From the NCBI GenBank assembly GCA_050084515.1, contig CM114271.1:23994001-24058000 (forward strand): 64,000 bases of DNA, written 5' to 3'. The translations under genes were made by a program, and so were the position numbers. Below the pieces are notes generated by a model. That model was not told where the DNA came from, did not search any database, and saw nothing but the letters and a program-made list of their open reading frames with translations. Positions 12,125 through 26,689 of this stretch are shown piece after piece. This DNA is from Blasia pusilla. Taxonomy: Eukaryota. The first letter of the stretch is position 1; each line of letters begins with the position of its first letter.

Positions 12125-15100
12125 TGTCACATCTGAGTAGCCGATAGGCCGAGATCTATCGTGGATAGGGCGTAGGAGCCAGCGGACTATCTTGAGTGTA
12201 ACTTTGTCCCACGGTGTTGGATGAGGTTGAGGATAGGTCCATTGTGTCAGGAACGTCGTTCTTGACAACTTTCATGTTGAGGTCTTTTACAGCCGGGTGA
12301 CTTGTTGACCAGGTCACCCGCCCTTGGTAACCTGTGCGCGCAGGTTACCAAGGGAAGGGCTATTTTTAGGGGAAGAGCCTTTTGACTCTTCCCAACCCTA
12401 TATAAGAGAGGAAGATGGCTTTCCTAAGCCATCTTTCTCATGTTGGGCCGTTGGAGCACCTCCCTTGTACGTGTGTGAGCTAAGACTAGGGTGCTAGCGT
12501 CCGGATTCCTTGATAGCACAGGGTGGACGAGGCTCGATATGCCGATGTAGATTGAGGAGTGGAGTTTTAGGCCGGGTGTGCCGTTTTTACTACTCTTTAT
12601 TTTTATATGAGAAAGATGTCAGGGGGCTGGTGGGAATTCGTTGTTTGCAGGTAGGCAAGCGAGTTGCCTTGGTCGGGAGCCCCTAGAGACGTGTGTGTGA
12701 CGTTTTGTGTGTCATTTTTCTGTTCGGAAGGCCGTGGGCGGAAGCGCTATCTGTTTTTCTCAGATTTTGCTGGTGCGGATTGATGGGGGATAGCAACAGG
12801 GTGTAGCGCAGGTTGTGTCCCCAGGGAGAAGAGTTAGAGCTTGCAGCCGCCAGGGGGCTGCCAAGTAAAGCGGCCGGTCTAGGGTTAGGCACGCGGCAGG
12901 CGCAAGGGCGGCGATGGGACGGAGCGACGGGCGCCCCCCGCATTTAGGGCCCAAGGGGCTTGCATGGGGCCCCGGGCCCAAGTTCCCCCTCTCCCCCTCC
13001 AACGTGGTAGCACGAACCATAGTCGGTTGGGCAGTTGGTAGCACGGACGAGGTCGGTCAGGCGAACGCGGTGGCGGATGGGCAACGTGATGGCAGGGAGG
13101 ACGTCGACGTGCTGAGTGACCGACAAGTTGGACAGCGGGCGTGACATGATGTTTTTGGGGCGCGACAGGGCGTTGCGAGAGTTGACGATGGAGGGGGTGT
13201 GCATGATGCCGACGGGTTGTCCGCATGACCTGTTGGGAGGATCGCGTGTTGGTCGAGGGGAGTGTTATGTCGCGGAGATTGTCATATCATGTGGAGGAGT
13301 GCATGTTGCGGTGCAGAGTTGAGGGCGTGATCAGGTTACCCATTCGAGTTCCTTTTCCCGCACTTGTCGTGTGTGATTGAGAGTGTTGGGTATCGGGTAG
13401 TAGCTGGTGCTAGATGGGTGCAGTGACGGTGACAAGTGTAGATTCTTTTCATGTGTAGCATGTTGGTGGATATCTGGCGGTTGCGAGTAGGGGTCATGTA
13501 TGACCCGAGAGAGTGTCGCTAGGTTAGGTGAGTCAGTTGGGAGGCTCATGGTGAGCCCGAGTGTTGAGCGTGCGTGAGGCCGGGTATGTCATCACGGGAT
13601 TGATGTTAGCATAGGTGAGCTAGTGAGGCGTGTGGGAGACTCTCGGTGAGTCTGAGTGCTTGAGCGGGTGAGACAGGGTTTGTCATCACGGCATTCTTCC
13701 AGGGTTCGGAAGAACGGGGTAGTGCGAGCAATAGTAGTGGTGTGACACGGAGTGGAGTGAGATACCGAGGAGTTACCAGTGAGGAGCTCCCTCGACATCC
13801 ATCCGTGATTGGATTCATCACTGGACACTGGGTCTGGTGACGAGATCATAGACAGAGACAGTAGTACTTGGCAGGAGATGGACGACATGGGCCATCGGGG
13901 CATGCGTCGTTTCTCAGGTGCAGTGGGCACCATCGACTTAGATGATTTTATCCAGGAGTTCGACACATGGTGCGACTTCCAGGAGATACGGACCTCGACA
14001 CGGTTCAACCCTTTCATGGCATGGAAGGGGTTGTTCCAGCACTTGGAGGGTCCTCTGATGGATGACTACATGGAGTTTCAATCACTATATTCAGTAGAGA
14101 TCGATGCCTGGAGGATGTATTGGGCTCCAGGGTATGTGTCCACTAGTGGTCGCGAGGCATATGATGGGATTGTCAGAGGAGAGAGACCCACACCATCAGC
14201 CCGGAGACTAGATGGAGAGGAGAGCAGTGAGACAGGCCATGTGGCAGAGACCTCTGGTGGTAGAGGGCCACCTAGCTTCAGCCCCACAGTGGAGTTCTTC
14301 CGACAGTTGGGGAAGAGCTACCATGGCGTACACACCGACAAGCTGAAGAGTCTACAGGATTTTCAGCGACGATCAGGTGAGAGTATGAGAGAGGCATTCA
14401 CACGCATGAGGAGGCTGATCATTGCTACGTTTGGAGTGACTGAGGCGCAGTCAGTCTAGTATTGGTATGGGGTTCTGGACCGAGAACTACGGAGGAGAGT
14501 CCGAGATGCGGTGCTGATTCACACAGCGAAGCCCACATTGAAGGTGGTCTTTGAGTTGTCTGAGCGTATTGAGCTCAACATGAGTGAGGAGCAGGTAGTG
14601 ACCGCTGGATTTTAGGGAAGGCACGGAGCTGCGAGCAGCTAGTGTGACTCCAATTTCTACCTCTTACTATATCCCCTAAGATTCATCCTTGACTTCTGGG
14701 AGGAGACTGTTGCTTATCGGCCAGGATGGCGGTCAGGGGACGGCCGGATGAGTCAGTTACCCGTGTAGTTTATGCGGGACGAGATGGTCGATCACGAGGA
14801 GAGTCTGTGACCACGTTGGCAACTTTCACAGGTAGTGTTAGCTGGCCAGGAGAGTTGTTGGAGGGGAACGCACATGCGGAGGATGTCCAAGTAGCGGATA
14901 GTCCCACGGAGAGACAGGCCATGGCGCGTGTCTCTTCCCATGTTGGCGAGACCTCTTCACCATTGTGGGGTACGACTTGAGAGCTACAGAGGAGTGCCGA
15001 CGACCTCGTGGCAGGCGTGGAGTCATGGTTTTATCCCACAGCCGCGAGAGTCACATGGCAATCGAGCTCTTGGAGTGGAGACGATGACCCCACTAGATAC

Positions 15101-18100
15101 CACACCTGTTGTGTGGCATTGCCCAGAGGAGGGTGCTAGGGTGTTAGATCTCTTTGGAGGGATTAGCACCGGATTGGCTGCACTATTGCAGGCGGGCATA
15201 CGGGTGCATCAGTACCTTTATGTGGAGAGAGATGAGATCGCGCGACGAGTATCATTACATCACATGGCGAGATTGGTCCAGAGGTATCCTGAGTTGTTGT
15301 CGGTATCTACAGTACGGGGATACCAGCATACGCTACCCGCCGACATCTCTTTGGTGGGGGCGCAGGATCTGGATAGAGTTGGCACCATTCATTTGGTGAT
15401 TCTTTGGATGGCCATGTCGGGTCATTCATCGGTGGCGAGGATTTGGATTGCAGGATCCCGGGTCGGGATGTTTTGGGAGATCTTTGCGAGTAGTACGACA
15501 ATTGCAGAGAGTCGATATGTTCTCAGTACATTTTGGAGAACGTGCCGTTGTTGGGAGACACTCGTGCACGTGTGATGACGAGTGTACATCAGGTGAGGTC
15601 CTGGTTGGGACCTGCTGTGTTGTTAGATGCAGCGAGAGTTGGGTCACGTGCCCATCATCCATGACTGTGGTGGACGAACCTGATACCATTAGAGGTAGTG
15701 AGTGGAGCATACAATGGAGTCCAGAGAGCACCACATCTCACAGTGGATGCTATTTTGGGCTCAGGGCGTTGATCTCAGGTGGTGACACGCGATGATAGAC
15801 CACCGTTGGCCACGGCCAATAGGGTGGGGGAGTTGAGGGCAGCCTTACCTATGTTGGTGAGCTTCCCAGCATCCCAAGCCTTACGTCAGGGAGGGCCAGG
15901 CATGATTTGGGATGAGGTGACCGGAGCATTGGAGGAGCCTACAGCAGATGAGCGCAAGCGCACCATGGGGTTCACTACCGGTACTACGGCGGTGCCAGGG
16001 ATGACTGAGGCATCACGGAGACAGGTGTTGGGGCAGGCGATGGACCTCAACTGTCTCACATGGATACTCAGCCTAGGTATGGCTGAGCAGAGACGGATGC
16101 GAGTGTCATCCATGCCGTCACATCCACGAGTTGGACCATTTCCTACAAGGTATGTACAGGCATTGGTTGGGGGCGAGACGAGGAGAGATAGGCACCCATA
16201 GACTTCCTGGGACGTCGTTCGAGCAGAGAGTGTGAAGGTGGCTAGATTAGCACATGTTCCTTTTTCGGATGTCAAGCATGGTGTAGGAGGTCAGAGTGGA
16301 GTGGCTGTTGCGAAGGTGGCTAGGGTTGCTACATAGCAACCAAAGCCGGAGGTTGCGTCCTCTCCGAGTGAGGTCACAATGGAGACTTGGGAGCCTGTGA
16401 CAGGTCTCAAGTTGATAGGAGGAGAGCGACGGCAAGTTCACAGGTTTCAAAGAGGGCATGTCAGTTGTTTTGCCTTCATTATGAGAGACTTGGGTACGCT
16501 GAAGGGTCCGGGATACGGATTGAGTTGGCTAGTGATACGCCGATCTTTCGTCGACCCTACAGGTATTTTGATATGGAGCGAGCCTTGATTGAGTGAGTCG
16601 GGGACTTTTGGAGGCGGGACTTGTGGAGTTATCACATGGGGAGTATGCATCCGCCCACGATCATGCCGGCGAAGAAGGAAATGTATGGCAATTGGACGAA
16701 TAGGCGGATGTGTGGAGATTACCGTCCTATCAACCGACAGACGAGGTCAGATCGGTATGCCATGCCTACTCCTGAGGAGATCTTTGATGCGGTAGGGCAT
16801 GCAAAGATCTTCAGTACTTTAGATCTCCGTGTTGGCTATCATTAGCTTCCTATCAGGTTGGAGGACAGGGAGAAGGGGATAGATCGGTTCGGGAGAGATT
16901 GCTTGTATTAGTGGCGGTTCTTACCATTTGGGTTGAAGAACGCGCCTGCGGAGTTTCAGAGAGTGATGGATAGGATTCGGTGGCTTGGATTTTGTGCGAT
17001 GTTACATAGATGATATTCTTATCTTGATTCCACGGTTGAGGAGCATGAGCGACACTTGAGGAGGTGTTTCGGCGATTGCAGTTACATGGACTGAAGTTAC
17101 ATCCAGGCAAGTGCAGATTCTTTCAAGAGCAGATTGAGTACTTGGGACACACCATATACCCGAGTGGGTTAGGCGTTCAGCAGACGAAGGTAGAGGCTAT
17201 TACGCAGATTCCACGCCCTACAGATGTGAGTCGAGTCCGAGCATTTCTTGGACTGGCGAACTTCTATCGACGGTATGTCAAGGGTTTTAGTGCGATCGCA
17301 AAGTCTTTGACCTTGTTGATGAGACTTGATCAGGTTTGGTTGTAGGGAGATGATCAGGAGCGAGCATTTCAGGAGCTCAAGGACAGGTTGACGTCCTCAC
17401 CCATTTTACAGAGACCGGTTAGGGGTCGCCCACTCCAGTTACATACGGATTGGAGCATGTTGGGTCTAGGAGCAGTGCTTACTCAGAGGGATGACGAGGA
17501 GAGGGAGTTCGTTGTGGCTTACGGGAGCCGATCGAACGACATTGCAGAGGCGAAGTACAGCTCCTACGAGGGAGAGTGCTTGGCTATAGTGTGGGCCGTG
17601 GCACATTTTAGGTGCTATTTAGTTGGCAACCCTTTCACACTTATCACTGATCATCAGCCGTTGAGGTGGTTGATGGAGTCCGACAAGCTTACAGGAAAGC
17701 TTGCTAGGTGGGCTCTATTACTACAGGAGTATGAGTTTGAGGTGGTTCATAGGCCAGGTCGGCTGAACCAGGATGCGGATGGGTTGAGTCGTAACCCATG
17801 TCCGAGTCAGAGAGACGACACAGGAGCTCGATGGCACGGAGAGAGTGATGAGGAGATGGTACCCGGTTGGCATGCATCTGCCTATCTTTGTTGGTCGACT
17901 ATGGCGGTCACCCCACGGTGATGACTCCAGTGGTGGGATTGGATGATGAGTCTTTGGATCCGGAGGTTAGTGAGGAGGCGACAGGTGGTCGTGACGACGT
18001 GGAGGTTGTGGAGTTCTTGCGCACTGGCGTCATTGAGAGTACAGTGAGTGCTAGGGAGCGGGATCGGATCCTAGAGAGAGTCAAGAGGTTCAGGTGGGAG

Positions 18101-19341
18101 GGGACTCACATTTTGCGGGTATGGGGAGATGGTAGGATACGAGTGGTACCTCATCCTTCCTAGCGAGCACGTGTAGTGCGACATGCCCATGAGGAGTTGG
18201 GACATTTTGGAGTAAAGCGCATTTACGCCTTACCTGTGTTGATATTGGTGGCCCGACATGCATACTAGGGTACAGCAGTCTGTGGCCAGATGTATGGTAT
18301 GTGACAGAGTGCGAGCATCCTTCAATGCTCCCACTCCGCAGTTACATCCTTTGCCGATTATGGGTTTAGGTTATCGGTGGAGTTTAGACTTTGCGGGACC
18401 TTTGCCATTGACATGGCGTCATCATAGGTACGTGTTGGTTATGGTGGAGCATTTCTCCAAGTGGATAGAGTTGGTGGCACTACCAGACAAGGTTTATGCG
18501 TTTCTAGATCGTGTGCTTAGTCACTTTGGTGCACCGGCAGAGGTGTTGACTGAACAGGGTACCGAGTTCAAGGGAGAGTTTCAGGCCTTGTATGATCAGG
18601 TGTTGATAGATCACCGCACCACGTCCAGAGATCATCCTGAGGCCTAGAGTGATGCCTATGGCCTTTGAGAACTTAGCTATTGCCCAACATAGAGATACAT
18701 TGAGGTACGCGACCATTCGTGGGGGAGGTTATCGTCCAGGGATTAGGAGGTTTCATCCTGAAGATTACGTGTATTTACAGCAGGCGGCACCCACGACGCT
18801 AGATGTCACACTGCAGGCGCCGCGATCCTACGTGTGCGCGAGGTATTACCGACCGGAGTCCTCATGTTGGAGGGACGGGATGGTATGGTTTGGAAGGATC
18901 ATGTGCGCAATTGTGCCCCTTGTCATCTTCCGAACGTAGATGGGACGGTGGATCCGAGCTTGGCAGTGGTACCTGCAGGCTTGAGGTGTATCTTGTGCGG
19001 ATCTGCGAGGGATGCAGCCACCATGTTGGTGTGTGATGGTTGTTCTCGAGGGTGGCATATGTCATGTCTGACCCCCCCCTCTTGATGTGGTACCCACGGG
19101 ACGATGGATGTGTCCGAGATGTGTATAGGGTAGTAGGTCATGTAGAGAGATGTGATATTTTCTATCTGGAGTTGGGGGGATCTAACTGCCAGCTAGGGAG
19201 GCGGTTGTGTGATCTCCATGTATATGTATGAGTTGATTTTTGTACATGTGTGGATCGACCCGTGTGTGGGGAAGATCGGTGTTGTGTGGTGTAGATGTGA
19301 CAAGCGATGTATGCTGTGTAGTGATATGTATACGCACTACA
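12125..19341 (+). mobile_element. Gy-3: DNMT3-PHD Gypsy element nested in the leader of Gy-2; TG...CA ends, CCAA TSD; gag 13809-14620, protease deleted, DNMT ~15120-16100, RT/RH ~16380-17810, IN ~18160-18930, PHD ~18985-19130
   Basis: CCAA|TGTCAC at 12121-12130 and CACTACA|CCAA at 19335-19345; RMCGDYRPIN, FSTLDL, YIDD-like RT motif, HTDWS, WSLDF; PPT at ~19195-19203. Confidence 0.85.
15120..16100 (+). pseudogene. DNMT3-like C5 methyltransferase domain of Gy-3 (frameshifted)
   Basis: RVLDLFGGISTG (motif I), YLYVERD (II), ENV (VI), ERKRTMGF and RRQVLGQAMDL (IX/X). Confidence 0.85.
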
Positions 19342-22300
19342 CCAATGTGCTTTAGATCGCCGGATTTCGTCAAGGGAGTTGGAAGTTATCAAGGATTGAA
19401 GATTTTGGTTCGTGTTCGACGGTTTTCTGATGTGGAGAGCTTGGAGTGTGGAAGCTCTCTTGAAGTTCATCCAGATTGGGTGAGAGGTTCCTATTGCTAC
19501 TTGTATTTTGATCTCATGTGAAGCTATCTGCTTGAGTGTGTGGAGCGTTGCGGATTTCTGCGTGCATGAAACTGGGCGGAAGCGCTGTCGGATTTGCAAT
19601 TCTGGAGGTGTATGGACAACAGGTTTGTCTTATTTTTAGCTCGGAGTATAGAGTTTGGTTGTAGCTGATTTTTTGTGGAGAGATAGCTATGGTGGTCAAT
19701 TGAATTTTGGTTGAAAAAGATTCAATTTTGGTTGAGGATTTGTGGAGTAATTGCTGATTGAAATTTTGCGGACTAGCTCAAGGTCAGCGGATCGAAGGGG
19801 CTGGTTGGTTGGTGACTCGTTCATTGTTGGAGACGCCTATCCCATTGGGGGCGCCCTGGTTGGGCCTCTCTCCATAGAGGAGCATGGCAAAGCATGGCGA
19901 ACGGGGCATTTCTCGAGCATTTTGAGGGTTCGAGGCAACTCGTGGTAGCTCGGGGCAAGTGGGCGTGAGAGGCGGACTAAGGAGCAAGGAGCAAGGAGCA
20001 AGCAAGCAAGCAAGCTTGCTAGCTTGGGCGTGAGGCAGTTTTTGCAGGATTTGTGATTTGAGTGTTGCATAACTGGTAACCCATCTTTGGGCTATTCTTC
20101 CTGGAAGACGCTTAACTGCTGAGTTCTTAACTATGCTAGTGTACACACTGTTGTAGCTCATTTGGTGCTATTCGGAGAGGTGTTAGGCGCCTTATGCATC
20201 TCAGGTTTTTGGTTTATGGACCTCTAGCACATAGTACGGTGTAGCCTCTCCATGCAGGTGATATTTTCAGGTGCTGCGAGTTCGATTAGCACGTCATCGA
20301 CCCGCGGCGGAGTAGCTATTGCGTTAGAATTGTGTGGTGGGTTTTGTGGATTCAGGGGGCGCCACGTTTGGTGGATTTTGTTACCTTGATTTCCATTTGC
20401 GATTGGAGGATTGTCGTTGGACTTCCTATGTTTGGATCCCCTCCATCGTTGCTTCTTGCTCGCGCGCCCATTGTTAGGGTTGACGCTGATTCCCAGAGTA
20501 GTGTTACTCCTGTGTGCTACCAAAGAGTGAGGTGGAGTGATGACCGATGAGACCGTGGGAGGCTTCTTGTGGTGATGACAGGTTAGGTTGCCCACACCCA
20601 TAGCTAGTAGAGCTAGAATAGTATAGCGACATCGACGTCACTTGGTTACTTAGTGGTGATAATTTGGTGGTGGTGCGGCATCGGCGTTGGTCATCACGGA
20701 GCTATCGGATGGTGTGGTTGGGGACCGTGGTGCGGACAATGGTGGTTTCACACGGAGTAGAAAAGGTAGTTGTACACACGGAGTCATGTACGGTTACCTT
20801 TTCCACTTCCGACGGTTGATGAAGAGGAGGACGATGGCGTTCCAAACACCGAGTCTTCTACCTTGTTATCGAGTGTTGCAACTCCATTGATTTGGGACAT
20901 GGACGGGATATATGGGGCCATGAAGGGCCCACGATGATACTCGGGTGCAGTGGGCACCATTGAGTTGGAGGACTTCATGCAGGAGTTTGATACATGGTGT
21001 GATATGCAAATATTGCGGAACGCCACGTTGTTTACATCCTTCTTGGCTTGGAAGGGGTTGTTTCAGCACTTGGAGGGACCACCCATGGATGATTACCATG
21101 AGTTTAGGAAGGACCATGTTGCTGAGATTGAGGCGTGGAGACAATATTGGTCTCCAGGCTATGTGTCTATCACCCATGGTGGTATTGGTAGTAGTGCTCC
21201 TACTATGCCAGCCAGCCCGACGTTGAGTGGTACGAGTACGAGCCGGAGTGGGGGTACCAGTGGAGGTACCCATGGAGGTACCAGTGGGGGTACTAGTGGA
21301 GGTACTAGTGCCCCACCATCGTTCAGCCCAGTTGCAGAGTTCTTCAAGAGGTTGAAGAAGAACTATCAGGGAGTGAAGATAGAGAAGTTGAGGAGTCTTC
21401 AAGAATTTGAGCGGAAGACTGGTGAGAGTCTTCGTGAGGCATACACTCGTATGCGATGCTTGATTTCAGTTACCGAGGGTGTGACTGAGGCTCAGGTAGT
21501 CCAGTTTTGGTATGGGATCTTGGACAAAGAGTTGCGCCGCAGGGTAAGTGATGCTACTCTTATGAGTGATGATTCACCCACATTGACCCATGTGTTTGCT
21601 TTATCTGAGAAGATTGAGCTTAACATGGTGAAGGAGAGAGTGGTGACATCCGTGATTCAAGAGGGGATACAACTACTACTTCTCGTGTGTTCAGCACCCC
21701 ACCTCACAGTCTCGTAGTAGTGGTGGTGGTAGTAGTAGTGGGAGTCGTGGGGGGTACACACGACCTTGGTCAGGTCCTAGAGGGACACTTGCGCAGAGAC
21801 CATTGCATTCATTTGCTGCCATGCAGCAAGGACAGTCATGTTGGACATGTGGAGGTGATCATGTTAGGAAGTTTTGTCCCCAAGAGGATGGAAGACGGAC
21901 TTTGGAGGATGGGCCTCAGTCAGCCCCAACTCAGTGTGATCATTGCGGGAGACCAGGTCATCCTCGAGAGCGTTGCTTTGATCTTCATCCACAGTTGAGA
22001 TCAGGCCGCGGCCGTGGTGGAGTAGCTCCGAGAGGCTGAGGTGGTAGGGGTGGTAGAGGTGGACCAATGGTTGGAGAGCCTACGGTGGCTACCCCTACCA
22101 CTACGACAAAGTCAGCTATGGCTGCCAGGATTGAGCAGTTGGAGCAAAAGTTGGCTACTATGGCTGGTATCCAGCATAGATCAGGTTCGGGAGCAAGGGC
22201 TTCCACCTCTTATGGAGGGGATGATCTCTCTTATATGGCGAGTGCAGCACAGGTTGAGGCATTAGGTGTAGTTACGAGAGGAGCCACTCGAGCGTCAGAG

Positions 22301-23580
22301 CCACGTGGTGCTACTGTGGAGTTGGACCCACAGAGGGGTGAGGCAAGCTAGGCTTCCCCAGTCATTCTTGCTGTCTGAAGTGCTTAGGACTCCATCCATG
22401 GTTCCTACGCAGCCTATTGAGCCGATAGTGGGGACTGAGGCATATACATCGCGTGTAGTAGACACGGATGTAACATCCAGTGCAGTATTGCGGATGGCAA
22501 CTTCAGTGTTGGGATCCCCATTGTTTTCAGCCACGGAGCTGATGGCTTTAGGAGTTAACTTAGCTCCTGTATTTCAGCTAGCAGCCACGTTGTGTGAACG
22601 TGGGGGTTATTCTTACTACACGTCTTTGAGGTGGATGAGGGTGTTGCGGTGGAGCGACCCTCTATGTCAGTGTAGCATTGAGTACCGGTGCTACTTTGGC
22701 AGGCAAAGCGGCGGCGAAGATGGATCGATACCCGCCCGGCCAGCCATTGATCGTGAGAGGCTTACACTGGTGTATGTATGTTGGACAACCGAGTGGGATA
22801 TTCTGATTGGTGAGTCCTACAGGACAGGTGTATAGACCAGATAGAGTCTTGTTAGACTCTGGTGCCCAACCTTTGATGTTGGGAAAGGCGGCATGTATTG
22901 GTTTGGGTATTCGGAGGTCAGAGCTTGAGCCTTGCCCATTCCAGATTCAAACATCACTTGGAGGAGCCAATGATAGGTCTCAATTCATGACACGGGAGAA
23001 GTTTTCTATACAGTCTAGACCAGATCATGCGACTGATAGCTCCCGGTTGGGAGTATCTATGGTAGTCACATCAGCCGAGTCGTATGATGTACTAGTTGGA
23101 GGAGCAGTATTGTACCCGATGGGTTTTCAGATGGATTACTGGACTGAGACAACGTCTTATAGACCTGGTTGGTAGTCCGGGGATGGACGTATGAGCCAAG
23201 TTCCCGTGAGATTTATTTATGGGGCTCGACCAGGAGGGTCTTCCCCAACAGTGTTAGCATCTGTGGCTGGTTTTAGTGGAGTAGTCACTTGGCCAGGAGA
23301 CTTTTTGGAGGGTAATGTTTCTGCTATGGATTCTCCTGTGCATGAGGAGGTAGAGGAGGTCCCTATTTTTGCAGTAGTGGCATCCTCATCGTTGGATATG
23401 CCACTTTGGAGTTCAGGCGGTGCACTACGGCAGGAGGCTGATCGCCTAGTGCAGGAGGCTTGGTGTGAGGCTGTTATACCTCACGAGGAAGAGGAGGCCC
23501 CACGACGGACTCCTACTTCTGGTCCAGTTGGGTTATCTTCTTTGGATACTACACCCATTGTATGGCAGTATCCGCCGGAG

Positions 23581-24550
23581 GGCATTTGTGTGTTAGATCT
23601 CTTCGGTGGGATTAGCATTGGTTTGGCTGTAGTGTTGCAGGCCGGTATTCTGTCTTGGAGATACGTGTATGTGGAGCGAGATGAGACGGCCGAAGAGAGT
23701 CTCATCCCGACATATTGGTCGATTCTTTGTGGAGATATCCTGAGTTGTTGCCGCCATCAGCTATTTGTGGGTACCAGCGTGCTTTGCCGTCACACATTGC
23801 ATTGTTGGGGGCGCAGGACCTTGAGAGGGTTGGTCCTTTGGATTTGGTGATTGCTGGATGGCCATGTCAGGGTCATAGACGTGCAGGTCGTGGTGAGGGA
23901 TTACACGACCCTAGGTCTCGATTGTTTTGGGAGATGTTACGGAAGTTACGACATCTTCAGGTTCATCAGGCACGTGCTCCAGCTTACATTTTGGAGAATG
24001 TTCCATTGTTGGGTGACACTCGGACCCGGATGATGGCAAGTATTCATGAGGTGCGGTCTTGGATTGGACCAGCGGTGTTGTTGGATGCATTGCGAGTTGG
24101 CTGGCGTGCACATCGTCCACGCTTGTGGTGGACAAACTTGTTGCCTAGGGAGGTTCTACGTCGAGGATATGATGCAGTGCAGCGGGATCCTTGCCTTACA
24201 GTGGATAGTATCTTGGATACTGGGCGAATTTCTCAGGTGGTGAGGGTTATTGATCGGTCACCCATTGTAGTGGTGAACCGTGTGGGCTAGCCTAGGATGG
24301 CACTACCCACATTTGTGAGTTTTCCCTCGTCACATGCATACAGGGAAGGTGGTCCCGGGCTTGTATGGGATTCTCATGTGCGGCGAGTTGGTGGAGCCTA
24401 ACGCGATGAGAGAGAGCGTGCGATGGGATTTGCTCGTGGTGTGGCGGTTGCTTCCATTTCTGAGGCTTCACGACGTCATGTGTTGGGTCAGGCCATGGAC
24501 CTGAATTGTTTGACTTGGATTTTGAGTCTTGGTATGGCCGAGCAGCGTCG
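23581..24550 (+). pseudogene. DNMT3-like C5 methyltransferase domain of Gy-2 (best-preserved copy)
   Basis: VLDLFGGI (I, 23590), GPLDLVIAGWPCQG (IV, catalytic C at 23865), YILENV (VI), AHRPRLWWTNL (VIII), ERAMGF, RRHVLGQAMDL (X); DNMT3-type wording of motifs VIII-X. Confidence 0.9.
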
Positions 24551-26689
24551 ACTTTGGACTATGTCTGTGGATCTTCCACCCCTTGTAATGAGCTCGATGG
24601 CTATCGGGACGGTAGAGGCATCGGCCGGGGGCGAGGAGAGTAGTATTTTGCATCCTTGGAGTAAATGGGATGTAATGGCTGGGCATGTGGAGTTGGTTGC
24701 TCATGCTGGTGGAGGAGTTATTTGCTCAAATGAAAGTGTAGCTAAGGGTGTACCATCTTTAAGGGGGTTGCGTAGCAGCCAATGGCATCTTCCTCTCCCT
24801 CTAGTGTGCCAATGGAGGAGACTTGGGAGCCATTACTTGGGCTCAAGCTTACGGGAGGTGAGAAACGACGCTTGACACAGTTCCTACGTGCTTATAGGAG
24901 TTGTTTTGCCTTTAGCATGAAGGAGTTGGGTTCTCTGGTTGGACCCGGTATACGGATTGATTTGGCTAGTGATACGCCAATCTTCCGTCGTCCCTACCGA
25001 TATAGTGATATGGAGAGGGACCTGATTCAGAGTAGGACGTTGGACCTTTTGGAGGCTGGATTAGTGGAGTTGTCGCATGGAGAGTATGCATCAGCCACTT
25101 TCATGCCTGCTAAAAAGGATATGCATGGCAACTACACGGATAGGCGGATGTGTGGAGATTACCGTCCTATCAATCGGCAAACCAAGGCCGATAGGTATGC
25201 CATGCCTACACCTGAGGAGATCTTTGATGTGGTGGGACAGGCAAAGATTTTCAGTACTTTGGATCTTTGGCGAGATACCATCAATTGCCGATTCGGAGAG
25301 TGACAAGGCCAAGACAATGCATTTTGGGGTGTCAACTCTCATGGCAAGGATTGTTTGTACGGTGGAAATTCTTACCCTTTGGGTTGAAGAATGCACTGCC
25401 GAGTTTCAAAGAGTGATGGGCGGGATCCTAGCAGGTTGGATTTTGTTCGGTGTTACATTGATGATATCTTGGTGTTCAAGAACACGGTGGAGGAGCATCG
25501 ATACATTTGCAGATGGTGTTTGAGCGGTTGAAAGCTCATGGTCTACGTTTGCATCAGGAAAGTGTAAGTTCTTCCATGAGGATGTTGAGTACTTGGGTCA
25601 TGTGATCTATCCAGGTGGTTTGGGAGTTCAAAGCAAGCAAAGGTGGAGGCTATTGCACTTATTCGCGTCCGGTAGATGTGAGTAGAGTTCGAGCATTCAT
25701 GGGATTGGCGAACTACTATCGGAGGTATGTGAAGGGATTTAGTGCTATGGCAAAGCCTTTGAACCAATTGCTGAAATCAGATCAAGAGTGGCTTTGGGGA
25801 GATGATCGGGAGAGAGCTTTTGGGGAGCTTAAGGCCTAGTTGGTGGCGGCGCCTATCTTGAGGAGACCTATCGAGGGCGCCATTTCAGATTACACACCGA
25901 TTGGAGTAGGTTGGGACTTGAGCGGTGTTGACACAACATGATGATGAGCACATGGAGTTTGTGGTGGCCTATGCAAGTCGTTCGAATAATGCAATGAGTC
26001 GCGCTATAGTTCATATGAGGGAGAGTGCTTGGCAAGAGTGTGGGTTGTGGCACACTTTAGGTGTTACTTGTTTGGCACACAGATTTACCCTTGTTATTGA
26101 TCACCGGCCGCTCAAGTGGTTGATGGAGTCGGACAAGCTTACGGGGAAGCTTGCACGGTGGGCTCTTATCTTACAGAGTATGACTTCCGGGTGGTACATA
26201 GACCTGGAGTTGCCAACCTTGATCTTTGATGGGTTGAGTAGGAACCCATGTACTAGCCAAGAGGATACAACTGGGGCTAGATGGCATGGCGAGGTTGATG
26301 AGGAGATGGTGCCAGGTTGGCATGCATCCGCCTTTTTATGTTGGTTAGGGGTGGACTCTAGTATGGAGGACCACATGATATCTTACTCTAGTCAGAGGGT
26401 AGATGGCCAGCCTTCAGATCCTAAGGTTGGAGATGGTGGCACGGATCAGCGTGATATTCATGATGATGCGTTGGTGTTGGAGTTCCTACGGACCAGTAGG
26501 GTGCCAGGCATAGTGAGTGCCAAGGAGCGAGACCGTGTTCTTCAACGTGCTAAGAGGTATCGATTGGAGGGAACACATATTATCCGCATGTGGGAGGATG
26601 GTAGAGTACGAGTAGTGCCACATTTGGCTCAGAGAGAGCACATTGTGCGACATGCCCATGAGGAGTTGGGACATTTTGGGGTAAAGCGT

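Noticed and set aside
21240-21310. 12-bp repeats encoding GGTS in gag
   Set aside because: Ordinary low-complexity linker expansion in a variable gag loop
23581-24550. Host DNMT3/DRM gene
   Set aside because: It is intronless, multi-copy and always between protease and RT; the motif order is not permuted as in DRM
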